Shown piece after piece: positions 1 through 11,908 of a stretch of 64,000 nt of DNA (within the stretch, counting starts at the first letter, position 1; every line of letters begins with the position of its first letter). The notes below the pieces were generated by a model. That model ran no database searches. It was not told the origin of the DNA and worked only from the letters and a program-made list of their open reading frames with translations. The stretch covers positions 12,834,001-12,898,000 of the forward strand of contig JAQFVV010000007.1 of the NCBI GenBank assembly GCA_028023455.1, in the 5' to 3' direction. The position numbers and the translations under genes were made by a program. The DNA is from Epiperipatus broadwayi (taxonomy: Eukaryota; Animalia; Onychophora).

Positions 1-816
1 CTCATACTCTACTACTGCACAACCAAATATAATTTTGCAAGATGAGTTTATAACCATTACCACAAATGAGAATCTCAAGATACAATTTAAACAGGTTATC
101 AAAAGTTTTGGCTGCAATAAGATTTTCCACTTATGTAACCAGTTCTATGGACTGTTGTATAAAAGTATTTTCTGCCATTTCCATCATCATATCTGGTAGA
201 GAGACTTCAGTGTAGTTTTAAACCTGTTTCAAAATAGACACCAATTGCATATCACTGAATGGGGAGATTTGAGAATGCAACTCACTTGTTTAAAACTGGA
301 CATAGATAAATTGTTGGAAAATTACCAGGTGCACCCATCACATTAAATTAACGTTTTCCAAGCTATTTTATTTGATATTTTTGATTTTATATTTCTGATT
401 AAAATATTTTGTTTTGATTTTGTTGATATTTAATTCTAATTTTTTCACTTCATTTTTATGTTTCATAAAAATTTCAATATTTGGACTTATTTTGAATTTA
501 CATATTTTTTTCATATATGTCAAAAATAAAAAAAACTGCACGTTTTTTTTTTTTTTTGCTTTAATTTTCGTTACTACAGGTTTTGATATGAAATGTTGCA
601 CAAGATAATTTCATATTCCGTATTCTTTTATCTTTTTCAATCATTAATTACAAATGATTAAAATGAAAAGTTTGATATCTAGTGAAATATTTAATATTGA
701 GTACAGTACAAATTTATTAATTTGAGAAACAAAGTAAATGACTAGACAATCAATGCTTTTAAAAGTTTTTGGTAAAGGGTTCTATGGCCAGAAATAGTTT
801 GGGAACTGTTTGTCTA
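1..816 (-). mobile_element. Degenerate hAT (Charlie/Buster-like) DNA transposon remnant
   Basis: Minus-strand 1-360 gives broken peptides DGAP and ILLYNSP*NWLHKWKIL, resembling the hAT DGAP and LLxHTEVRWLSRGKVL motifs. Reverse complement of about 775-816 (..AACAGTTCCCAAACTATTTCTGGCC..) resembles a Charlie-type terminus (CAGTGGTTCCCAAAC). Confidence 0.55.
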
Positions 817-829
817 ATATGCTTCTCAT

Positions 830-1288
830 AGTCAGCTTATGATTCGCACAATCAATTTTTGCAATATTTTTATCAGATTTGTTCACTATTAGTTTGTCTG
901 ATCTCTTTTCATGAGTGAAGTTTTCTCTTTCCTCAAAAATATTTAATCTATTTGCATACTACCAATTTTTTCAAACCTTATTTCCATGAGGCTGGACTAT
1001 CACTTCTCTGATTTTACTTCTATTTTCATGTTTAACAGAAAAAAACAAGTTTATCAAAAAATTTAATGCTCGTTTGCTGTTCTAATTCATTTTTCAACAT
1101 TATTGGGATGGCATATGAAAACACACAACAATAAGGAATGGCACCTAACAACACCCTGCTACATTTTGACATAAACATTGCTGTGACACACTGATATACC
1201 AATATTTTTTTATCATGTAGTTTGTACAGTGCTGACAATATTAATCCATAGTGGCAAGTTCACAAATTTAATTCTCAGATCTCATATA
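830..1288 (-). mobile_element. Mariner transposon 5' remnant (TIR plus N-terminal HTH)
   Basis: Minus strand begins TATATGAGATCTGAGAATTAAATTTGTGAACTTGCCAC (mariner-like TIR). It then encodes MLKNELEQQTSIKFFDKL (cf. EQRxCIKFCVKL) and, after frameshifts, RLNIFEERENFTHEKRS (cf. FKEGRESVEDDERSGRP). Confidence 0.7.
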
Positions 1289-1534
1289 CAAGTATTACTG
1301 TCTGTTTTAAGAATCTCATATACTCTTAGACAATATATTGGATAATGCATTGGCTCTTGGCTTAAAGAAGTTAAGACAAATACTATTAATATTATTGTAT
1401 AGAACAATATCAGGTTGTAGTATCATTTTTAATTGGCAATTTGCTTCACTATATTACAGCCAAAAATAATTTGTAAAAATACACAGGTAGTTTGTGTTAA
1501 ATTTCTGACATTTAATATCATTAGCATCATTTTA

Positions 1535-1830
1535 AACCACTATAGATCAATATGAAGTGAAAGTATCTCCAAATTTAATCCACTTTCTTTGATCCTTAAC
1601 CTTTTGCACAACCCAACTTTTATATTTTGTCTACCCACCTTGCATGTGGTTACTTTCTAGCATTTCTATCATCTCTTGAGATGTGATTTAAAATTTCCAC
1701 TGTCCATTACTGTTAACTTTTTGTCAATATGTCCAGCCCACCTTCAATTTAGTCTCTTAATTCATTCAATGATGTCAGTATATCTACATGTATTGGTTAA
1801 TCTAAATGTGTTTGAATCACTTGAATATAT
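1535..1830 (-). mobile_element. RTE-clade LINE 3' fragment
   Basis: Minus-strand translation TDIIE*IKRLN*RWAGHI...PHARWVDKI matches the RTE ORF2 C-terminal KWRWAGH..RWxD pattern; it contains stops. Confidence 0.7.
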
Positions 1831-3937
1831 CTATTTTTATGTAAAACAAATGATAGGAAAGATAGAACTATCTTTTTCTAGTCATTATTAAGCAAATTGT
1901 ACTAAATTATGGATATTACTAAGTGTATGTCAATCAATAAACATTACATGATCTTGCTGTTTGTGTGTATGTAAATCCTTACATATATATTCTATTGTTC
2001 CCTGTTAAGTATTCATATCACATTCAGAAGTTTATATTAAAACATATTCTTTAAAAAAATTTTCAGGTATTTAGGAATCAAATCTACTAATGTACTTTTG
2101 CAAATGTTGAACTTAATCCATTGCTTCCATCTACATCAATAATACAATTAAGATATTTATAATTAGGTATAGATGATCTGATACCACTATTTTGATGAGG
2201 AAAATATTACAAAATAATTATAACCTTAATGCAAACCATCACTATAAATTGGGAAAATTTAAAATTTAAAATTATATATTTAAATGTGCACATTCCTAAA
2301 TGGATTATTAAATTTTCGGTTTGTTACTGTGTCTGTCATTAATGAAATTTTGTGGCTATTACTGGGTCTCTATAATTAATGAATCATGCACCTCTAATTT
2401 TATATTTCCTGTTATTCTCAGAATTTCAGTTGGATAATTTCTATTTTAATAATATTTGTTAAAAATAATTATTGAATATTAAGTTATCATTCATTCTCAT
2501 ATTGTATAAAGCTCTGAAGAATTATTCATAAGAATAACTACATCCTCCACATAATTTAGATGACCTAACAGGTTCCCTGTCATTTATAATATTGTCACTA
2601 ATTATTATGCATTTTGACACTGCTGCCATTTTGTATTTTTTAAGCAATGTATAACCTTAGTTTGCTGGTTTACTTTTTATGATAAAAATTGGAATTAAAT
2701 TAGTTTTAAAAAAATCTGAAGGTGTAAATATTATACTGATTTCATATAAATACCATGTTAATTTTGAACTCAAAAGAAGCCAACAGTGTTCTGACTGGTT
2801 GTATTAAATATAATACAAACAAACCAATTGTGCCAGTTATTGATAGATTATTTGGCCTTAGGGTTTTCTGAGTGTTTATATTTTAGTATTTTAGTAAATA
2901 AAACTGTAATTTTCAGTAATTTGCATGCATGTTTAATCTTATTTAAGCACATATTTATAAAATATTTATTTTAAACCAAAAAATGCATGATTACAATCAA
3001 ATTTAGTTGAAAATATTTGTTGCTAAAAAAAGAAGCCTTAAACATTGAAGTATTATGCTAGTGTGAAAATTGTTATTACTGACTAAAAATAAATGTTTTC
3101 ATAAATGCTAGTGAAATTTTTTTTGTGATCAGTGTAATTTTAAATTTTAAACATATATTCATTGTTTTATGATGTCTCAACTGACATTTATTTACATCTT
3201 AAAATTACAATCCAAATAAGAAATATATTCATTTAATAGTTTGTATGAATAGACAACATTACAATTCAATATTAAGAATATTGTTATCATTACATATTTA
3301 GGTTAGAATTTTATTTTTGCATTTTGCAAAAAGGTTTTTCATTTGTAAAATTATAATTGTAATAAATGATGTAAAGATTATTGAAATATTATATAGAGTG
3401 ATAGTTTAAGGTTAAAAGCAAATGTTGCAAATATGACTGAAACTGATATAAAGTATTTTATTCAAAGAGTGGAAAGAGTTAATAGTCAGAACATTATATA
3501 GAATGAAAGTATAATTGTAAAAGTAAAGATTGCAAATACAACTCACACTGATATTAAGTATGTTATTCAAAAAATGGGAGGAATTGATAATGTTCAAGTC
3601 AAGTTCTGATTTAAAAAATATTTTTATACACAGTAATAAAGAATAGAAATCAGGGGTGAATATTCATGTAAACAGAGATAACTTTTAGCTTATGATATTA
3701 CCAAGAATTATCAATTACTACTAATTGGCATTCACTGAGGCTAAACAAGTTTTTTTCCTTAACCTATAATAGATCTTTTGGTGGAGTTATTTGATGAAAT
3801 AAAATAATCTGTTAGTATCACCAGGGAGTCAAATCCCAGGCTATATCATATTTGTTAATAGTTAAGCTGTGTGTAGGGGACTAATGCCCATTGTCATTTA
3901 GTATCTATTAATTTCACTGATTATTTCAATGTTTATA

Positions 3938-4800
3938 AAACAGGCAAAACTCTCCATACAGTAGTGCCACCCTGTGCCAACCAGAGTAATCAGTGGATTC
4001 CAGAAGGCTTGTGCATAAAATTCCCATCTAGTGCCTACTCATCCAATATCCCAAAACTAGTTTCTTGCTTGTGGCCATCATAAGTGAGAAGCCTTGGATC
4101 TGAGAGCACTGCACCTAGATCTTAGGATTTAATGCAACCCTCCAGCAGCCACCTTTTATCTCTACTTAACTACAAAACTATGAGAATGAAATGGAAAACA
4201 CAATAATATTTTCAATCCAAGCTCAATAGCTTCCATAGTCATATGGGTCTGAACTCAGTTCAGAAGCCATACATTTAGGGTGTTTTGGCTTTTTAACAAC
4301 CATAGCCACCATAGCCATCACTATCCTATTAGGAAATATTGGTGTTAAACCACTAAACATCACATGATTGCTATCTCTTATGCTAGCACAAAGACATGAA
4401 AATGTATGGGTGCTAACCTGAGTTCAGACCCATATGACTATATAAGCTATTGAGCTTGGATTGAAAATATTATTGTGTTTTCAATTTCATTCTCATAGTT
4501 TTATAGTTAAGTAGAGACAAAAGGTGGCTGCTGGAGGGTTGCATTAGATCCTAAGATCTAGGTGCAGTGCTCTCAGATCCAAGACTCCTCATTGATGAAG
4601 GCCACAAGCTAGAAAATTGTTTGGGATATTGGATGAGTAGGCACTAGATGGGGATTTTATGCACATGCCTTTTGGAATTCATTGATTACTTTGGTTGGCA
4701 CAAGGTGGCACTACTGTATGGAGAGTTTTGCCTGTTTAATTAGTTATGTGCTAGCATAAGAGATGGTGATCATGTGATGTTTAATGGTTTAATCAATGTT
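3938..4800. repeat. Hammerhead-bearing repeat, subfamily A: head-to-head fold-back
   Basis: 3938-4276 is the reverse complement of 4400-4737, and 4340-4390 pairs with about 4745-4795, with scattered mismatches. Decayed hammerhead motifs lie at about 4577-4635 (+) and 4040-4100 (-). Confidence 0.9.
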
Positions 4801-4952
4801 CCTGGTTGAAAAATAGATTTCTAGAGTACATTGTTATAAACTTGAGGTATTTAGTTAAATATTAAGTTTTTTATTTTAACATCCAACTGTATATGTGTTA
4901 AAAATCCAAATAACTTAAAAGTATGTTTATTACAATATTAGTGACTGACCTC

Positions 4953-5013
4953 TAGTGTTAGACTAATTGAACATTCAAAATATTAGTGTTAGACTAATTG
5001 AACATTCAAAATA
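4953..5013. repeat. 31-bp tandem duplication
   Basis: TAGTGTTAGACTAATTGAACATTCAAAATA occurs at 4953 and at 4984. Confidence 0.9.
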
Positions 5014-5499
5014 TAAGATTATTGATTTTCAATCTATAACAAAATATTAATAAAAAGAGATTATTGAATGGAGAAAATGGTATTACCCATATTCCAATGG
5101 CACTAATTTTTCCCCTATTCTAAAAACATCTACTGGCTGCTTTATTAATCAATGAAACTTATTAATGAAAAAGTATTATTTTCAGACTCATCATTTTTTG
5201 GCTTTTGCTTTCATCAGTAAAGACAAAAAATTCAGTGCTAGAACTAACACTTGAGAAACCATATTTTATTCTTTTATTTTTGAAGAACCCCCATCTCCAA
5301 GTACTCAATTCCAGACTAGTGCATCTGCATAGCCAAATATAAAGATAATGATATTTTTTGGAAACATGTGACTAACTATATAACAGGTCATGTCATGTTA
5401 ATACTGCAATTATTGATGAAAAACACCTAGACAAATTGAAAAATATGGTGATGACATGTTAGCTTTAAAAATAGTGGAATTTAAAAATACATAGATTCA

Positions 5500-6300
5500 G
5501 GAAATTGTGTTGCCTAATCTTAAAAATGCTTCTATTATTTCATTTTTTAAAATAAAGAGCATAGACAATATTCCTGGAATACCACCATTATCTACTACAA
5601 CAAAGATAATTCTAAGTAATATATTGGATAGCTTGCTTCCAATGATAGAAAAATGGTTATAAGAGAATCAAGGTGGTTTTATAGCATCAAGAACTATTAT
5701 AGATATGGTCCTCATTGCCAGAAAAATTCAAGATATGTGTTAGAAACAAAACAGTGATTTATAATATGGATTTTAATAATTTTGGTAAGGCATTTGATTG
5801 ATTTAATCAAACAGATTTATAGCATTGTTCAAATTAATTGATATTTTATTTACATTTTACAGCTTTTACATGATGTAGTAAGAGAACATGTTATTACTAC
5901 ATATGGAAGATCTGAGACATTTAATCTAAAAACTGGTGTTAAACATGGGAGTGTACTTACTACAACATTGTTTTCTATTTTTATGTCAGTCATTTCCAGA
6001 ATTGTTTCTAGATAGTTTAATAAAACAGGGATCAAGATGCAATCCAAATTTGAAGATGGAATTTTCCATTGATTAAAGCAAAGACAAAAAATTTAAATTT
6101 GGGGATTTTGGATTTACAATATTGTGATGTCTAGTTGAAAAGATGATTTACAAAATGCTCTTAATGTTTTGAATACAACATTTACATATTTTTTGTTAAT
6201 AATTAATATTCAAATAACTCAATTTCTCTATTAGCCAGACAAAAAAATTTAGCTTTAGGTGATTAACAAACTGAGAATGTATATCTGAAGAAGATCACTA
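5500..6300 (+). mobile_element. Degenerate RTE-clade LINE reverse transcriptase
   Basis: Fragments ENQGGFIASRTIIDMVLIARKIQDMC, FGKAFD and TGVKHGSVLTTTLFSIF correspond to RTE RT blocks QxGFRxGRST.DMIF, KAFD and GVKQGCVLAPTLF; many stops. Confidence 0.8.
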
Positions 6301-6626
6301 ATACAATCAAAACTGTTATAATATAACTGACTTAACAACTGCATAACACATTGTAAAAAATAATAAAGAAATGTGTTACTGATAATATTGGGTGGAATAC
6401 TTCATTTTTCTAAGATGCAACATAAACTCCAATGATCAGTTGTAGATTTCAACAGATTAAATAATAAATAATAATATAAAAAAATAAACAGATTAAATAA
6501 TAGATTATTTCATTGTATGAAAATTGCTACCTCAATTAATTTAGTTATATATTTTAAGTTATTATTTTACCTTAATATATTATAGTGAGACCTAAACACC
6601 TTATTAGAAAAGTGTTATTTAAAACT

Positions 6627-6984
6627 GTTGCCAACTCTTCATACAGTATGTTACTCAGTCAGTGCAAGCCTTAGTAGTCAAGGGGTGCAAAAAACTTTGT
6701 GCATAAAACCCTTATCCAGAGCCTACCCATCCAACATCTCCAGACTAATATCTTGCATATGACTTTTATCATTGAGAAATCACTATATAAGAACTTTATG
6801 CACAATTCTCAGTGCAGTGCTTTCAACTACAAAGATTTTCACTGATGAAAGTCACAGACTAAAATCATGTTTTGAGCTACTGGATGAGAAGACCCTATAT
6901 AGGGATTTTATTCAGCAATCTTCCTGCAACCATTGATTACTAACGCTTGCACTGAGTAGAACTACAATATGGAGAGTTGGCAAC
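6627..6984. repeat. Old subfamily A hammerhead repeat, inverted pair
   Basis: About 6627-6775 and 6812-6984 are diverged inverted arms (GTTGCCAACTCT.. / ..AGAGTTGGCAAC). A decayed CTGATGA-AAGT-CACA-GACT-AAAA motif is at about 6842. Confidence 0.7.
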
Positions 6985-7807
6985 TGCTTTAACAGCTTGT
7001 TTAAGTATTGAAAATGGTGACCATTTGATGTTTCAAAAGTTTTATTTAAGTATGCTCCATAAAATTTGAAAAAAAAAAAAGCAAGATCAAGAAAAACCAA
7101 TGAATAGGTTCTTCAAATTAGATGTTATACTATTTAATCCACTAATATAAAATCACACTTTATTGGATTGAACATATAAAATGAACAAATAATGCAGATT
7201 TTCTAAAACAATGTTTATTGGTGAATTGAGCATGGGTATTGTGGAAGAATAGAGTCCATATTCATTATAGAATATTTCAAAGATGTAATAAAGAAGTGTG
7301 ATATTAATTGCTTTCATTTTAATTATATGGCAGAGAATAGAATACTTTGGATTGCTATAATTAGACATGGTATTGAAGTATTCCAAAAATAGTAGTTTTC
7401 TGCTGAAGAAATTAAAATATAGCTTCACCAAAAATCTGACAAACAGAAAAATGTATCGGTATGTTATATATGTTGACATATATGTAATTTTCTGATTGAT
7501 TTGTGTTGTCATTACAAAACTCATTTCTAGAGGTTTTTTTTTTTTTTGCTTTTTGGAGCTGGAATTGTAATAGAAATTGATGATTGACTGCTATATGTAT
7601 GTAGATGATCTTTATTTTCAAACTTGTTCTTTTCAATACATATTCTTTTAATTCAATAGAAAATTTTCTTTTAAAATTACCCTGTCTGTGGGTATATTAT
7701 AATAAAATCTTTTCTGCTCACATTTGAATCATTTTCAGAATTCTTTAATATTTTTACACTAGAAATATAAAGCACTATTTTTATATTTTATATGAACCTT
7801 TGTCAAT

Positions 7808-7808
<1 letters not shown>

Positions 7809-7845
<37 letters not shown>

Positions 7846-7853
7846 GTGATATG

Positions 7854-7881
<28 letters not shown>
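7809..7881. repeat. Compound (TA)n microsatellite
   Basis: Two TA tracts separated by a short spacer. Confidence 0.95.
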
Positions 7882-7884
<3 letters not shown>

Positions 7885-9671
7885 TATCACTAATAAGCAA
7901 TCTCTTTCTTGTATTTAATTTATGAAAAACATTACATGGATAAGTCACAGGATTGTGAAAAGGGGTTTGAAATTCTTTTCTTTTTTGTCTCACTCTTCTC
8001 AAAAGCTTTATATCAAATTATAAGCATTTTTTAAAAGTTTTATGCAGAGTATGTAATAGAAATTTGAATAATTTACAACTATATTGACTTGGATTCGGAA
8101 CATTAGACAATTTTTGAATTTCAATTCATTAGTGTTAATAATGATAAAGAGTAATTGAAGATATGTCAAAAATATATTATATTTAAACACAACTTGCTAA
8201 AAAAGAGTGTAAATGGGAAACTGGCCTGGGATGGTGACATAATAATATTACAATCTAATATCAAATAGGTTACTCAAGTTTACAATAATTGACTCCAGAT
8301 CTGAATAAGCAGTCACATGAAGCTTCTGAAGCAAACTAATATAATGTGTTTAAATATATTACTTTATTGTTAGAACCAACATAATATTTATTTCCACAAA
8401 ACAACAGTGCTAAAATAAATTCATAGGTCAGCATTTATAACTCAAGCCATAAGTTTTAATTTATTTTATTTTTTATTAATATATGAAGAGGTCATGAATT
8501 GCAACTCACTTCTATCGTTTATAGGGCTCAAACATTTTACAAACTCCTGACTACTAAATCATTTGATTATTTTTTTCCCATTTTACATCATTGAATGCTT
8601 TTCACTATAAATTATTATGATATATGAACAAATATTCTTCTCTAATTTATACCATTATTTTCAATATATTCAAACATTTTTATAATACCTTTTTTGTACT
8701 ATGCCTGATTTAATACACTTGTGAAGTGGCAGATATAAATTCAAGGTCAATGGATCATAGACCCAGTTTGGCTCTTTCAGTATCCATACTTCTTATAAGC
8801 ACCTCTTCAATAAACTGTCTAATTATTTTTTTTTTGCCTTTTTTGGTTTAGAGCAGTCATAGAATGGCAAACTCTGAAGCTCAGGTTTCAAGTATTAATG
8901 CTTAGATTGATCTTTCCTTGTACTTATATCTTTTGTAAATTTTTATATGAAATTCTGATTGGAAAACCATTCAATTTTTTAAAAAAAATTAGCATAATTG
9001 ATTTTTAAAAATGTAACTATGAAGTAGGTGTATTGATTACTGAATCAATGTTCTCTGGTGTTTCAAACCAAGGAATTATAAAATGATTTGAGTCCAATCT
9101 AGCTATTTGTATCTAAAGAGAAAAATTTTTAAAAAAATGTAGTCTGATTTAATGAAAATTCATAGCTTTATGTGAGAGGTCTTCTATTTTTGTCTAATTC
9201 ACTGTGGAAGGTTTATTTACAACAGGGTTTTAAAGCTTGCTTGTTACATGTGCAGGCACATATATATTTTCAATATATTGAATACTTTCATTCCACCAGT
9301 ACATTATTGAAATAAAGGCATTCAAAAACATGACTCCCAATATATACATCATGCAGAAACAATACTTCACAAATGACCAGATCATACTGTCTTACATGTG
9401 ATTTTGTAATGTGATCAGTAGTTATTAATATTGAATTATTATAATTTAATTTATAGATACCAAACTTTCTGCATATATAATTGTCATCATGATCTTTTTT
9501 GATAAATATGTTAAAGGTTATAGCTAATTATTTATTAAACTAGAAATAATCATTAGCTCATAAAGATATATTTAGTCAAGATTTAAAATTTATAACTAGA
9601 CAATGAATAACCTCTAATTTATGACATATTACAACTTTATCTTTCTTATTGCATTGCCAAATCCATATAAT

Positions 9672-9959
9672 ATTAAATCATCTATGGTCTTTATTACTGT
9701 TTTACAATACTTTTATTACAACCACCTATTACAGTTTTGATATCTTCTTCAGAACTTTTACTCATATACCCAAACCTTAACTTCTAAATTCAAACTTCAA
9801 ATTAAGTATCACTGTAAAATTTATAGTTTGAATTTTGCAGTTAAGTTTTGGGTATATGAGTAGAAGTTCTGAAGAAGATTTCTGGGGCAATCGAAACTGT
9901 CATAGTTGGTTGTAATAAAAGTATTGTAAAACAGTAATAAAGTGCATAAATGAATTAAT
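9672..9959. repeat. Fold-back palindrome with a hammerhead-like motif
   Basis: Arms 9672-9796 and 9825-9959 are reverse complements. The right arm contains CTGAAGA-A-GATT..AATC-GAAAC at about 9877-9900. Confidence 0.85.
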
Positions 9960-10259
9960 ATGATCTAGTTTAATTAATGATTAGAAATAATCATTAATCT
10001 ATTTATTAGTAGTGGTTTGTAATGAAATATTTAAGAATGCAGAAAATGTGATATTTGTAGAATAATGTTAAATAATGTAATACATATACATATGCAAGCA
10101 TGTCCTCACACATATATAAACTGTCTAATATAAAAATTTAAATCTACTCTATGCCTATGTTTTTAACATAAAATTTGAAGCATATCATATATTTTAAATT
10201 AATCATTGTACTGAAATTTTTATTAATTTATTAAATTGTTTAAAATATGATTTTTTTCT

Positions 10260-10289
10260 ACAGTACAGACTTTTTCATAGCTGCACTTC

Positions 10290-10326
<37 letters not shown>

Positions 10327-11110
10327 GGGGTTTAAACTCAGACTTTCACATAACTCTCAACCATCAATGCTATCTCATACTACTGATACATTAGATCACA
10401 CACATGTCAACAAGATAAATAATTATCAATATATGTATTTCATGCTAAACTTGCACTCATCAGTTGATCCATATTATCATCTCCACACATATATGCAATC
10501 AAATCTCAGCTTGTATTAAGATAGTCAATCTTCTTACTTTAATGAACAGGCTTCAAACTACTCCACCCTACAACTTTTCAGCCATCAATTTCATTGAAAT
10601 ATTGATGATGGAACACTCAAAGCTCACCTTAGTGCCAGCTTTCTTATCCTACCCATGTTGACCACAAGTCACTCTGATCCCTCATGTGCAGGACATAGTC
10701 TATTTACATATATTTTGAAATATGATTTTTTTCCTATGCCCTATACATGAGGGATCAGAGTGACTTGTGGTAAACATGGGTAGGATGAAAAGGTTTGTAC
10801 TAAGGTAGGCTTTGAGTATTTCATCATCAGATTTTCAATGAAATGGATAGCTGAAGAGTTGGGGGATGGAGTAGTTTGAAGCCTGTTCATTAAAGTATAA
10901 AAATTGGCTATCTTAATATAAGCTGAGCTTTGATTGTATATATGTGTGGAGATGGTAATCTGGACCAAATGATGAATGCTGGTTTAGCATAAAATATGTA
11001 TGTTGGTGATTGTTTATCTTTCTGATAAGTGTGTGATTAAGTGTATCAGTGGTATGAGATAGCAGGGATGGTTGAAGATCATGTGAAAGTCTGAGTTCAA
11101 ACCCCATATA
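10260..11110. repeat. Repeat family C, inverted pair
   Basis: 10326-10690 and 10741-11107 are diverged reverse complements; the left copy contains an expanded TA tract (10281-10325). Confidence 0.9.
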
Positions 11111-11639
11111 TATTGAATTGTTTAAAATAAATGTTAATAAACTTAAAAAAATTGAAAGAATGTAAATAAAAATGGCATATTAAAAAAATTCTAGGTCCTT
11201 TTGAAAAAGGAAGTGGTAATTAGTAATATGTAGGGTTATAAAAATTGATATAGTAATATTAAAAAAATAGCTTGATATATCTAAAATAAAAATAATGGAA
11301 GTTAAAAAAAATAGCTTTAGTTTAAGTAAATGAAAACAGAAATATATATATATAAGAAATAATACTGGAAAAATACTTAGAAACAAAAACATAGCAAAGA
11401 AGAATTAAAATACAGTGAGAGTAATAAAAACTAATAAACAATATAGATGAGGTAGAGATATCAGCAGAAAATTTTCGAAGTACATTAAATATAAAAATAG
11501 ATTTAATGAAAAAATTAAATTGATAGATATGAAGAGAAAAAAATGGATAGCCAAGAGTGAAATAAAATAAATAAATAAATAAACCCATAAAAGTTTATAA
11601 TTACAAAAAAAGGAAATGTGTAGTAATAAAGTTATTTAT

Positions 11640-11854
11640 GGAAACATTACTATGTTTTTGTAACAAAGCCACTCTGACAGCGATTGGAGAAATTAAAATC
11701 CTCTTTGACCACATTAGAACTAATAGCCAGTATAAACCAATCTCTGTCCAATTAGACCTTTCTGGGGCATTTGATACAGTAACAAACTTCTAAATCTTTT
11801 AAAAGACTTTGATATTCCCTCTGAAACAATTCCAAATACTTGATATGGTATGTA

Positions 11855-11908
<54 letters not shown>

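Noticed and set aside
7153-7636. Two overlapping minus-strand ORFs as a PLE RT remnant
   Set aside because: Only vague resemblance; no YxDD or FLD motif recoverable.
3938-11110. Fold-backs as amplification or sequencing chimeras
   Set aside because: Arms differ by many substitutions and indels, so most are old genomic events. Only the near-identical 34457-35872 array still needs read-level confirmation.
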